Below, piece after piece: positions 1 to 7,717 of a stretch of DNA of 29,269 nucleotides. Below the pieces are notes generated by a model. The model made no database searches. It saw nothing but the letters and a program-made list of their open reading frames with translations, and had not been told where the DNA came from. The DNA is from Chthonomonadales bacterium (lineage in GTDB: Bacteria > Armatimonadota > Chthonomonadetes > Chthonomonadales > Chthonomonadaceae): assembly GCA_038217285.1 (NCBI GenBank), contig JBBQPO010000041.1:1-29269 (forward strand), in the 5' to 3' direction. The stretch's first letter is position 1. Every line of letters begins with the position of its first letter. Made by a program: the position numbers and the translations under genes.

Positions 1-2
1 GT

Positions 3-347
3 TACAGTCTCGTCCGGTGCGCTGCCGGGGACGGGGTCATCGACTTCCCGTCCATCCTTCGTATCGTGCGCGACAATGGACATGCGGTGCTGCCGTCTAT
101 CGAGATCGCGGCGCAGGCCACGCGCACGATACCCCTGCTGGAGTCGACCTGGTGGGAACACCACCGACCGGCTCAGACACAGCATCTGATCGCGGCTTTG
201 CGGGTGGTATGGGATCATCTCGGAGCGCACGAGGCGTCCGGTTCGAGCGCGTGGGCTCGCGGCGAAAGCTCGGAGGTCATTGTTCGCGAGGAGTGGGAAC
301 TGGTCGAGCGGAGCGTAGACTATTTCGGACGCCTGCCCTTAGCTTGA
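3..347 (+). CDS. Sugar phosphate isomerase/epimerase (xylose-isomerase-like TIM barrel), 5'-truncated by window edge
   Basis: Frame 3 is open from base 3 and reads YSLVRCAAGDGVIDFPSILRIVRDNGHAVLPSIE. The G-x-G-x-IDF...I followed by a conserved E is typical of the C-terminal part of this family. Stop TGA at 345-347. Confidence 0.6.
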   Translation, partial: YSLVRCAAGDGVIDFPSILRIVRDNGHAVLPSIEIAAQATRTIPLLESTWWEHHRPAQTQHLIAALRVVWDHLGAHEASGSSAWARGESSEVIVREEWELVERSVDYFGRLPLA

Positions 348-893
348 GGCAGGCTCGGCGGAACCGTCCGGCGCCACCTGAATGTCGCGGACATCATGTT
401 TAGTGCGCCGGGTTTCGGCACGACGCGGCACGACATTGATGGTGCCGTCCACCTCCAACACGGCGAACAGGATGTCATCGAGCTTGTTCTCTTCCCGTTC
501 GCGCAGCGCCTCCATGACATCTTCTTCCGTCAGTCCTGCCCTTCGGAGATGATCCTCGATGAATTTGCCGTTGTGGACGAGGAGCATCGGGTTGCCGACG
601 ACCAGTTTGCGCAGGCGTCGAGAGCGAACGACAAAGAAGGCCAGCGTTCGGTTCGCCACCAGCAGCGTGAAGGCGCAGACCAGTCCGGCCTGCAGCGACG
701 TATCGCCGTTGACCATCGCCGTTTCGACCGCACTTCCCATCACAATGATGATGACCAGATCGACGACGGACAACTGCCCGAGTGTTCGCCGCCCGATCAT
801 TCGCATCAGAAAGATCAGGAAGAAATAGATCACGATAGTGTGTCCCGCGATCCACAGCATAGGCTGAATCGCGGCCAAATAAGTTGAGGGCAT
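339..893 (-). CDS. DUF421 / YetF-like membrane protein (paralogue 1)
   Basis: Motifs R-x-IGRRTLGQLSVVDL, GNPMLLVHNGKF, LTEEDVMEALRE and AVLEVDGTINVV; three N-terminal hydrophobic helices. Start moved to ATG 893 (MPSTYL), which has an upstream GGAG. Confidence 0.9.
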   Translation of the reverse strand: MPSTYLAAIQPMLWIAGHTIVIYFFLIFLMRMIGRRTLGQLSVVDLVIIIVMGSAVETAMVNGDTSLQAGLVCAFTLLVANRTLAFFVVRSRRLRKLVVGNPMLLVHNGKFIEDHLRRAGLTEEDVMEALREREENKLDDILFAVLEVDGTINVVPRRAETRRTKHDVRDIQVAPDGSAEPASS

Positions 894-960
894 GTGCGTT
901 TTCTCCACAAAATGGTTCGGGACAGCGCGTACAATTACGTCACATAGGGAGATAAAAGAG

Positions 961-1497
961 ATGACGAAATGGTTGCTGGACGTGTTTTCCCACCCCGACC
1001 TGCGCGGGGGACTGATAATTGCCGCCAAAACGAGCGTCATCTATCTGTTTCTGGTCGCCGGCCTGCGGCTGCTGGGCAAGCGTGAACTCGGGCAGATGAA
1101 TATCTACGATCTGGTCCTGCTCATCGTCATCGCCAACGCTGTGCAGAACGCGATGGTCGGCAACGATACATCCCTCGGCGGCGGTATCATTGCGGCGATC
1201 ACCCTGCTCGTCTTTAACCGGAGCTTCGCGGCGCTGATGGAACGCTCGCCCAAACTGGAAAAATTCATGGTCGGCGAGCCCACGCTGATCGTCAATGATG
1301 GGCAGATCATCGCGGACAAAATGAAGCGCGAGGGCGTGACCCGCGACCAGCTCATGGCGGCGCTCCGCGAACACGGCATGGAAAAGGTGGACGAGGCCCA
1401 CATGTGCGTGCTGGAAGTAGACGGTACGATCAGCGTCGTGCCACAGAGTTCTACGGTCCACAAGACCCGCCACCATTTCAAAGCTTTGCGGCTCTAG
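961..1497 (+). CDS. DUF421 / YetF-like membrane protein (paralogue 2)
   Basis: Motifs LRLLGKRELGQMNIYDL, GEPTLIVNDG and CVLEVDGTISVV. ATG 961 is preceded by AGGGAG. Confidence 0.92.
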   Translation: MTKWLLDVFSHPDLRGGLIIAAKTSVIYLFLVAGLRLLGKRELGQMNIYDLVLLIVIANAVQNAMVGNDTSLGGGIIAAITLLVFNRSFAALMERSPKLEKFMVGEPTLIVNDGQIIADKMKREGVTRDQLMAALREHGMEKVDEAHMCVLEVDGTISVVPQSSTVHKTRHHFKALRL

Positions 1498-1509
1498 AAA
1501 GGCAGATCG

Positions 1510-2040
1510 ATGCACCTTATGTCTTCCGACTACGCGGCCTTTCTGGCTGCCATCGCTACTCGCACCGTCGTCGTCATGGTCTTCCTGGCGGCGGGGCTAC
1601 GCCTGCTGGGCAAGCGCCAGATCGGACAGATGAACCTGTTCGACCTGGCGCTCATCATGCTGGTGGCGAACGCGGTTCAAAACGCTATGACGAACGGCAA
1701 TGGTAATCTATCGACCGGTATCGTCTCGGCTTCCGCTCTCCTGATCGCCGGCCGGACGCTCACGGCGTTTATTCTACGCAATCCGAAACTGGAGAAGCAT
1801 GTGATCGGGTCGCCTACGGTCCTTGTCAATGAGGGCGAGTTCGTGAAAGATCACATGAAGCGCGAACATATCTCCGAGGCGCAGGTACTCGCCGCGATGC
1901 GCGCACACGCGATCTGCGAACTCAGCGAAGTGGCGATGGCGGTGCTCGAGGTAGACGGAACTATCAGCATCGTCCCCTGCGAGTCCGAGCAGCATCGCAC
2001 CAAAAAGCGGGTCGCCCACTTCCGCAAGACCGGCACGTAA
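1510..2040 (+). CDS. DUF421 / YetF-like membrane protein (paralogue 3)
   Basis: Motifs LRLLGKRQIGQMNLFDL, GSPTVLVNEG and AVLEVDGTISIV. Starts 12 nt after paralogue 2, with an AAAGG RBS. Confidence 0.92.
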   Translation: MHLMSSDYAAFLAAIATRTVVVMVFLAAGLRLLGKRQIGQMNLFDLALIMLVANAVQNAMTNGNGNLSTGIVSASALLIAGRTLTAFILRNPKLEKHVIGSPTVLVNEGEFVKDHMKREHISEAQVLAAMRAHAICELSEVAMAVLEVDGTISIVPCESEQHRTKKRVAHFRKTGT

Positions 2041-2042
2041 GG

Positions 2043-2735
2043 CTACCAGTATTTCCAGTTGTGGGTGACGATAACCCAGATCCCAAGCGCCAGATTTGTC
2101 ACGCCATGCGCGACGATGCAGGCGAACAGACTGCGGCTCTGCCGCAGCAGCAGCGCCATCGCGCACGCAAAGAGAATCGCGACCAGCCACTCCGGATGTG
2201 CGACACCGAACCCTGCGGCCACAATGGCGAACGCCCCCCAGGAGAACGTGCCCACCGGCAGCTTCTCGAAATCCTGATCCGTGATCCAGCGCAGCAGAAA
2301 CGACCGCCAGAACAGCTCTTCCATGACCGGGACCACCAGCGCGAGCCCATAGAACCGCACGGCCAGGAAAAGCGCGCGCACGGTCGGGTCCGCAATCTCC
2401 TTAAAGGGATTGTACTCCGTGCGGGTGCCCAGGAATTTGAAATGCGGCGTTAGCGGATCGATCAGCACCCATCCGGCGAAACAGGCGAGCCCGACGACCG
2501 TGCCGAGCAACAGCATCGGCCCGTTCCATTTTACCTCGCGCTTCCAGGTGGAACGCCCCGCAATCAACAGCGCCGTCACCAACACCGCCTTCGCGATATA
2601 GATCCAAATGTACTGTTTTGGGGCGGACCCTTCCAGAGCGGTGATGCCCAGAAACGCCACCATCGGCGCGACGTACCCTATCCACGCCCTGGACGCCCCC
2701 GGTGCCTCGATGCTGCTTGTCTCATTCCCTTCCAA
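2043..2735 (-). CDS. CAAX prenyl protease-related (CPBP/Abi family) intramembrane glutamic endopeptidase
   Basis: Multi-TM protein with PVMEELFWRSFLLR (EExxxR), FGVAH (FxxxH) and AHGVTN (HxxxN). TTG start preceded by AGGAG. Confidence 0.88.
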   Translation of the reverse strand: MEGNETSSIEAPGASRAWIGYVAPMVAFLGITALEGSAPKQYIWIYIAKAVLVTALLIAGRSTWKREVKWNGPMLLLGTVVGLACFAGWVLIDPLTPHFKFLGTRTEYNPFKEIADPTVRALFLAVRFYGLALVVPVMEELFWRSFLLRWITDQDFEKLPVGTFSWGAFAIVAAGFGVAHPEWLVAILFACAMALLLRQSRSLFACIVAHGVTNLALGIWVIVTHNWKYW

Positions 2736-2784
2736 ACCGTTGCTCCTTTTTCTCGGGCGTCAAAATAGTGAGGTCGGACGTGCA

Positions 2785-3789
2785 CTACAGCCAGCGCGCG
2801 TTTGGACCAAAGTCGGCCGTATAGTAGTTGCTGACATGGGTGCCGGGCTCGAAAATCTGATTGATGCGCTGGAGATCCTCGTCCGTGGGTTTGAGTTCGA
2901 GGCAAGGAAGGTAGTCTTCCAGTTGTTCCATCGTGCGCGGCCCGATGATCGGGCTGGTCACGCCCGGCTGCGCGGCGCACCAGGCCATCGCGAAGTGGGT
3001 CGGGGAGTACTGGCGCTCCTCGCAGAACGTCAGATACTCCTCCACCTTCGCCAGCGCGAGATCGTTGTCGCGGTTGTTGAAGGCCCCTTTTTCGTATCGT
3101 GCGCCCGAGGGCCTGGTCTGACCAAGACGGTATTTGCCGGTGAGAAGCCCCCCAGCGATGGGCGCCCAGGGGATCACGCCGAAGCCGTAGGTGCGGCAGG
3201 CGGGCAGCAGTTCGCGTTCAATACGGCGGTCGAGCAGGTTGTAGGGCGGCTGCTCGCAGACGAAGCGGTTCAGCCCCATCTCTTTCGCCACCCAGAGTGA
3301 TTCGACCAGTTGCCACGCGCCGAACGTGCTGGTCCCGATGTAGCGCACTTTGCCCTGTCGGACCAGGTCGTCGAGCGCACGCAGTGTCTCGTCGATGGGT
3401 ATCGAAGCTTTAGGCCGGTGGACTTGATAGAGGTCGATATGGTCGGTGCCGAGTCGGCGCAGGCTCTCCTCGACAGCCTTCATGATATGAAACCGATGGC
3501 TGCCCCAGGCGTTTGGATCGTGGTCGTCCATGCGGTTGTAGAACTTGGTCGCCAGGAAAACGCGATCTCGTTTGCCGTCCGCCAGCGCCTTGCCTGTGAT
3601 GGTTTCACTGACGCCCCGACCGTAAACGTTGGCGGTATCGAGAAAATTGATGCCCGCATCGAGAGCGCGGTGGACAATCCGGATCGAGTCCGCCTCCGTC
3701 GCGCCGCTATGCGTATCCCCGAAATTCATACAGCCCAGACAGAGCGCACTCACCTGCGCCCCCGTCCGCCCCAGAGACCGGTACTCCAT
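2785..3789 (-). CDS. Aldo/keto reductase
   Basis: MEYRSLGRTG...LCLGCMNFG, GINFLDTANVYG, LATK, SLRRLGTDHIDLYQVH, GKVRYIGTS, QPPYNLLDR and PIIGPR. The D/Y/K/H catalytic tetrad is present. Confidence 0.95.
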   Translation of the reverse strand: MEYRSLGRTGAQVSALCLGCMNFGDTHSGATEADSIRIVHRALDAGINFLDTANVYGRGVSETITGKALADGKRDRVFLATKFYNRMDDHDPNAWGSHRFHIMKAVEESLRRLGTDHIDLYQVHRPKASIPIDETLRALDDLVRQGKVRYIGTSTFGAWQLVESLWVAKEMGLNRFVCEQPPYNLLDRRIERELLPACRTYGFGVIPWAPIAGGLLTGKYRLGQTRPSGARYEKGAFNNRDNDLALAKVEEYLTFCEERQYSPTHFAMAWCAAQPGVTSPIIGPRTMEQLEDYLPCLELKPTDEDLQRINQIFEPGTHVSNYYTADFGPNARWL

Positions 3790-3934
3790 CGCCCCTCACC
3801 CCCATCAGTTGATTTGCTCCCCTATTGTGCAAAGAGCGGCTTTTCTCCTGCGCAACGACCGGAGAGTCACGATAGTTCCGTTCTCAGTATACGCTTTTCG
3901 GGGGTGCTGCCTGAAGGTGCTGCGGCATAAAATC

Positions 3935-3968
3935 GAGGGCCGTCTGCCAATTTCGGCGGACGGCCCTC
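3935..3968 (-). terminator. Probable intrinsic terminator downstream of the beta-propeller gene
   Basis: Inverted repeat GAGGGCCGTCTGCC-AATTTC-GGCGGACGGCCCTC (14-bp arms, one imperfect position), followed on the minus strand by GATTTTAT, about 30 nt after the stop at 3997. Confidence 0.65.
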
Positions 3969-3996
3969 TTCTAACGGCGAATATCGTAGGATAGAC

Positions 3997-5815
3997 CTAT
4001 CGGGGAGAGGGCAAGACAGCGCTCTCGGAAAGCCTGCCGGAACTGCCGAACCCTGCCCCTAACGTCGGCGCTTTCACAGCCTGCGCTATTTCGTTTTTAT
4101 CGCCGGGCTTCTCTGTCGGCCCTAATACATGCAGGGCGCCATCTGTGAAGAAGAGGAGACCATTGGAGAGGGCCAGGTTGCCGGGACGCGGCACATCCTG
4201 GGTCCAGACCTCTTTGCCCTCTTTCAGATCTACCGCCACCAGGCGATTGGCCTTGGTTCTCGCCACAGACCATACCGGCTCCCGAACTCCGTTACGTGTG
4301 GTGGAGATGCAGAAAACCAGATGTTCCGGGGTGGCGACGATCGAGGTAATCACATCCATCGGGCCGATCGGATATTTCCAGACTACCGTCCCCCCAATCC
4401 GATTCAGCGCGACAACCGTGTGGTTTACCTCGCCATAGATATTCTCCTTTGTCACCACCAGACCGCTGTTGCTCCAGTGCTGGAAAGGACTGGTGGAATA
4501 GGGCTGAAGCACGGGGACGGGAACCATCGCCGTACTATAACCTTTTAACTCTACCGGATACAGCTTCCTGCCATTGCGCGGATCGGTAACCGTCCTGTTT
4601 GCCGAACCATAGACAGGCACCTCAACGCTTCTGGGTGACAGGATCTGCTGGTACTGCTGGGGATCGGGCGCCGGATCTTTCGGCGCGTACATCCACTCGA
4701 GGTGACCGTTCTGCGGATCCAGCGCCACAATGCCGCTCACGCCTCCCGCACCGCCAAACCCGGTATAGAGAAAATGATCCCCCACCGCTGGAACGCCCAG
4801 AGAATGCATGATGTCCCGATGCCACTGTTGTTGTGTCTGCCCGGTGATTAACGCCAGGAAGCGATGGGTGGTCTCGTCAGCGACAACGAGGCCATTCTCG
4901 GCATAGGCGGGAGGATAACCGCCGAACCGCGCCGTCGGGCTGATGTCCCGATCAACATCAGGCAAAGGATGGTGAATTCGCGTCATGGTCCACTTGACTT
5001 CCGGCTCCCAGTGGAAGAGAAGATCCGAAGCGGACAGTGCAAACAGCGCATTGTTGACGATCAAGGGGTGCCCCAGATACTCCGGGACATTCAGCATTCA
5101 AGGCGGACATCCGGCCATCGTCGGTGGGACTGCGGCGACCTCCTTCCCGGCTTGGGTCTCCAGCAGCGAGACTCGGGGCAGCACCCCATTGGCTCCCATG
5201 GCCGCCATCGGAAAATAGGAGCCTTCCTTACCAGTCATGGCGTCGAAAGTCCGCACAGCAAAGCAATCAACGACGCTCGGAGCCATCGAGCACGGCAGTG
5301 AAGCTGACTGGGAAGAGATGGCGTCTATCAGGGCTTTGACCATCGGTCGATCCTTGATCGTCACCCAGTCATAGACGAAGACTCGCCCCGATTCGGTGAC
5401 AGCAGGACCGGAAATGTCAGAAATGGTGAAATTCAGACGTTCCGCTTGGAGCCGCTGCCGCCACTTTACGACTCCGGTCTTTGCGTCGGCGCAGATCAAA
5501 AAGCGCCAGTCCTTCTCGGAAGCGGTGAAGTAGATCAATCCGTTTCGGATGACGGAGTGGTAGAGCGGCCTGTGTTTGGCAGGCCCCGTGGTATTCCAGG
5601 TCCAGAGCTCTTTGAGTGGAAAATGCAGTTTGTCCTGGCTGACTGCCGAGTGAGTTGCGTCGTGCCGGAACTGAAGCCAATCGTCCCCGCGCGCGGGAGC
5701 GGACAGGTATTCGCGACGGAATCGGAGGCGAAAAAGGCCAATCGTCCCCGCGCGCGGGAGCGGACAGTACCGGCAGAAGAGAAAGTAGAGCCAAACCTAT
5801 AGAGACGCGAGCCAT
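3997..5815 (-). pseudogene. Exported PQQ-binding-like (BamB-type) beta-propeller gene, interrupted by a 61-bp frameshifting insertion and an in-frame TGA
   Basis: Signal peptide MARVSIGLALLSLLPVLSAPARG from ATG 5815 with a GAGG RBS. Removing 61 bp (5707-5767) gives ...ARGDDWLQFRHDATHSA...GLIYFTASEKDWRFLICADAKTGVVKW. That frame runs to TGA 5100-5098 and continues in frame through ORF 3997-5097. PQQ-repeat motifs: CADAKTGVVKW, ALDPQNGHLEW, ALNRIGGTVVW, AVDLKEGKEVW. Restored length is 585 codons including the TGA. Confidence 0.8.
5676..5767. repeat. Two identical 31-bp direct repeats separated by a 30-bp unique spacer (61-bp period); CRISPR-repeat-like mini-array inside a coding sequence
   Basis: GCCAATCGTCCCCGCGCGCGGGAGCGGACAG at 5676-5706 and 5737-5767. 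Spacer GTATTCGCGACGGAATCGGAGGCGAAAAAG at 5707-5736. The repeat contains the perfect palindrome CCCGCGCGCGGG. Confidence 0.9.
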
Positions 5816-5869
5816 ACCCGCCTCACTTTCCGGAGCGGCAGCACCCGAGAAGATTGCACCGCGCCCTAA

Positions 5870-5980
5870 TGACCAGTATACATCTTATAACTACCTACTT
5901 GAATATATGACTATTCATTCCCTTTATATGGTTCGGATTCTGTAATCAAGATATTATTTCGAAAGGCACATTTCTATAGA
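5870..5980. promoter_or_regulatory. AT-rich upstream region with an IHF-consensus match
   Basis: Visibly AT-rich relative to its flanks. AATCAAGATATTA at 5944-5956 matches the WATCAANNNNTTR consensus. Lies upstream of the beta-propeller gene. Confidence 0.4.
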
Positions 5981-6158
5981 GGCGGTAGACGCGGAAGTCC
6001 GAATCGATGGTAAAAATCTGAGTGACTCCCAGTGCCTCGGCGGCAACAAGGGAAGCGTCGGCCAGATCCATTGGAGTGTCTCTGTTGTGAACCGAATCAT
6101 CGGCATCTACCTGTGACAAACCCATTCCGCATTGCGACTGTGTTCAGGCGAGAATCGA

Positions 6159-6188
6159 AGAGACCTTCCGCGTCATCGGAAGGTCTCT
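6159..6188 (-). terminator. Stem-loop downstream of the DUF1501 gene (probable terminator)
   Basis: Perfect 12-bp inverted repeat AGAGACCTTCCG-CGTCAT-CGGAAGGTCTCT about 45 nt after the stop at 6234. The U-tract is weak. Confidence 0.6.
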
Positions 6189-6233
6189 GTTCGGTCAGTC
6201 TATTTGCACGGCACCTTGCTGGTTCATCGCAGA

Positions 6234-7649
6234 CTACGCGATGATGTCGTGGGCGACTTCTCCGGCCACGTCGGTGAGACGGTAGTCGCGGCCACCGTAG
6301 CGGTAGGTGAGTTTCTTATGATCCATGCCCATCATGTGCAGCATGGTGGCGTGAAGGTCGTGGATGTGCATCTTGTTCTCGGTGGCGTAGTAACCGTAGT
6401 CGTCGGTCGCCCCATAGATAGTGCCGGGCTTGACGCCGCCGCCTGCCATCCAGACGGTGAAGCCGTGCGGGTTGTGGTCACGACCGTCGGTGCCCTGCGC
6501 GGTCGGAGTGCGTCCGAACTCGCCGCCCCAGAGGACAAGCGTGTCTTTGAGCAGGCCGCGGGCTTTCAGATCCTTCAGCAGCCCTGCGATGGGCTTGTCT
6601 ACCTCATGAGCATTGTTGGAGTGTCCGTTGCGCAGGTCGCCGTGCTGATCCCATTTGTAGCTATGCGTCGCCTGTACAAACCGAACCCCTTTTTCGGAGA
6701 AGCGGCGGGCGAGCAGACACTGGCGTCCGAAGTTGTCCGTATGGTCTTCGTTGATGCCGTAGAGGTCGAGGGTCGCCTTGCTCTCATCGGAGATATCCAT
6801 CAGCGTCGGCGCTTCGGTCTGCATGCGATAGGCTAGCTCGAACGACTCGATGCGCCCTTCCAACTGTGGATCGTGTCCGAAGTGACTCAACTGTTCATGA
6901 TTCATGCCCTGGAGCATGTCGAGTTGCATCCGCTGCGCTGCGGCATTGCCTTCCGGGTTCTTGATATAGTTGATCTGCGCGTCTTTCGCCTTGATACTGG
7001 CGTTTCCTATCGGAGTGCCCTGATAAGGGGCGGGCAGGAAGGCGCTGGACCAGTTCTGTACGCCGCCGTGGCCAAGAGTCGGGCAGATGGTCACGAAACC
7101 GGGCAGGTTCTGGTTCTCGGTGCCGAGGCCGTAGGTGATCCAGGAGCCCATGCTCGGTCGAACCTGTGTGTCCGAGCCGGTGTGCATCGCCAGCAGCGCG
7201 CCGCCGTGGGCCGGGTTGCTGCCGTACATCGAGCGCACCACGCACATGTCGTCCACCATCGTCGCGACATTCGGGAACAGGTCGCTGACCTCGATCCCAC
7301 TCTGGCCGTACTTCTTGAACTCCCAGGGCGATTTCAGCAGGTTACCGGTCTGGGCGAACTGCACACGCGGCTTGGCGAAGGGCAACGGCTTGCCATTATC
7401 GCGGGTCAGCAGCGGCTTCGGGTCGAACGTGTCCACCTGAGACGGGCCGCCATGCATGAACAGATAGATCACGCGCTTGGCTTTGGCCGGGAACATCGGC
7501 GCTTTCGGAGCCAGCGGGTTCTTATAGACCCCGACGGCCCGCGCCTCCTGCTCACTCATCAGCCCTGCCAGCGCGAGCATTCCGAACCCGACACTGCACT
7601 GCGTCAGCATCTCACGACGTGTATAGGATTTTATAAAATGCGTTCCCAT
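6234..7649 (-). CDS. DUF1501 domain protein (planctomycete-type, alkaline-phosphatase/sulfatase-like fold), Tat-like N-terminus
   Basis: TRREML...FGMLALAGLM, AKAKRVIYLFMHGGPSQVDTFDPKP, RPSMGSWITYGLG, FGRQCLLARR...GVRFVQ, WDQH, GEFGRTP, GRDHNP and HDLHATMLHMMG. Confidence 0.93.
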   Translation of the reverse strand: MGTHFIKSYTRREMLTQCSVGFGMLALAGLMSEQEARAVGVYKNPLAPKAPMFPAKAKRVIYLFMHGGPSQVDTFDPKPLLTRDNGKPLPFAKPRVQFAQTGNLLKSPWEFKKYGQSGIEVSDLFPNVATMVDDMCVVRSMYGSNPAHGGALLAMHTGSDTQVRPSMGSWITYGLGTENQNLPGFVTICPTLGHGGVQNWSSAFLPAPYQGTPIGNASIKAKDAQINYIKNPEGNAAAQRMQLDMLQGMNHEQLSHFGHDPQLEGRIESFELAYRMQTEAPTLMDISDESKATLDLYGINEDHTDNFGRQCLLARRFSEKGVRFVQATHSYKWDQHGDLRNGHSNNAHEVDKPIAGLLKDLKARGLLKDTLVLWGGEFGRTPTAQGTDGRDHNPHGFTVWMAGGGVKPGTIYGATDDYGYYATENKMHIHDLHATMLHMMGMDHKKLTYRYGGRDYRLTDVAGEVAHDIIA

Positions 7650-7717
7650 TGCTTATGCTCTCTTCCTCTGCTGTCGACTGTGTTACCGATCCGCCCACTC
7701 CACGGCGTTGCCGCCCC

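Noticed and set aside
5676-5767. IS/MITE footprint or sequencing-adapter artefact
   Set aside because: The 30-bp insert has no terminal inverted repeats, a 31-bp duplication is far longer than typical IS target duplications, and it does not match TruSeq or Nextera adapter cores. An assembly artefact still cannot be excluded without reads.
5417-5815. 132-aa ORF as an independent secreted protein
   Set aside because: Only the first 26 or so codons are genuine (signal peptide). The rest is out-of-frame read-through caused by the 61-bp insertion.
5981-6158. Possible ncRNA or small gene in the intergenic gap
   Set aside because: No tRNA cloverleaf, recognisable RNA-family motif or convincing RBS-led ORF.
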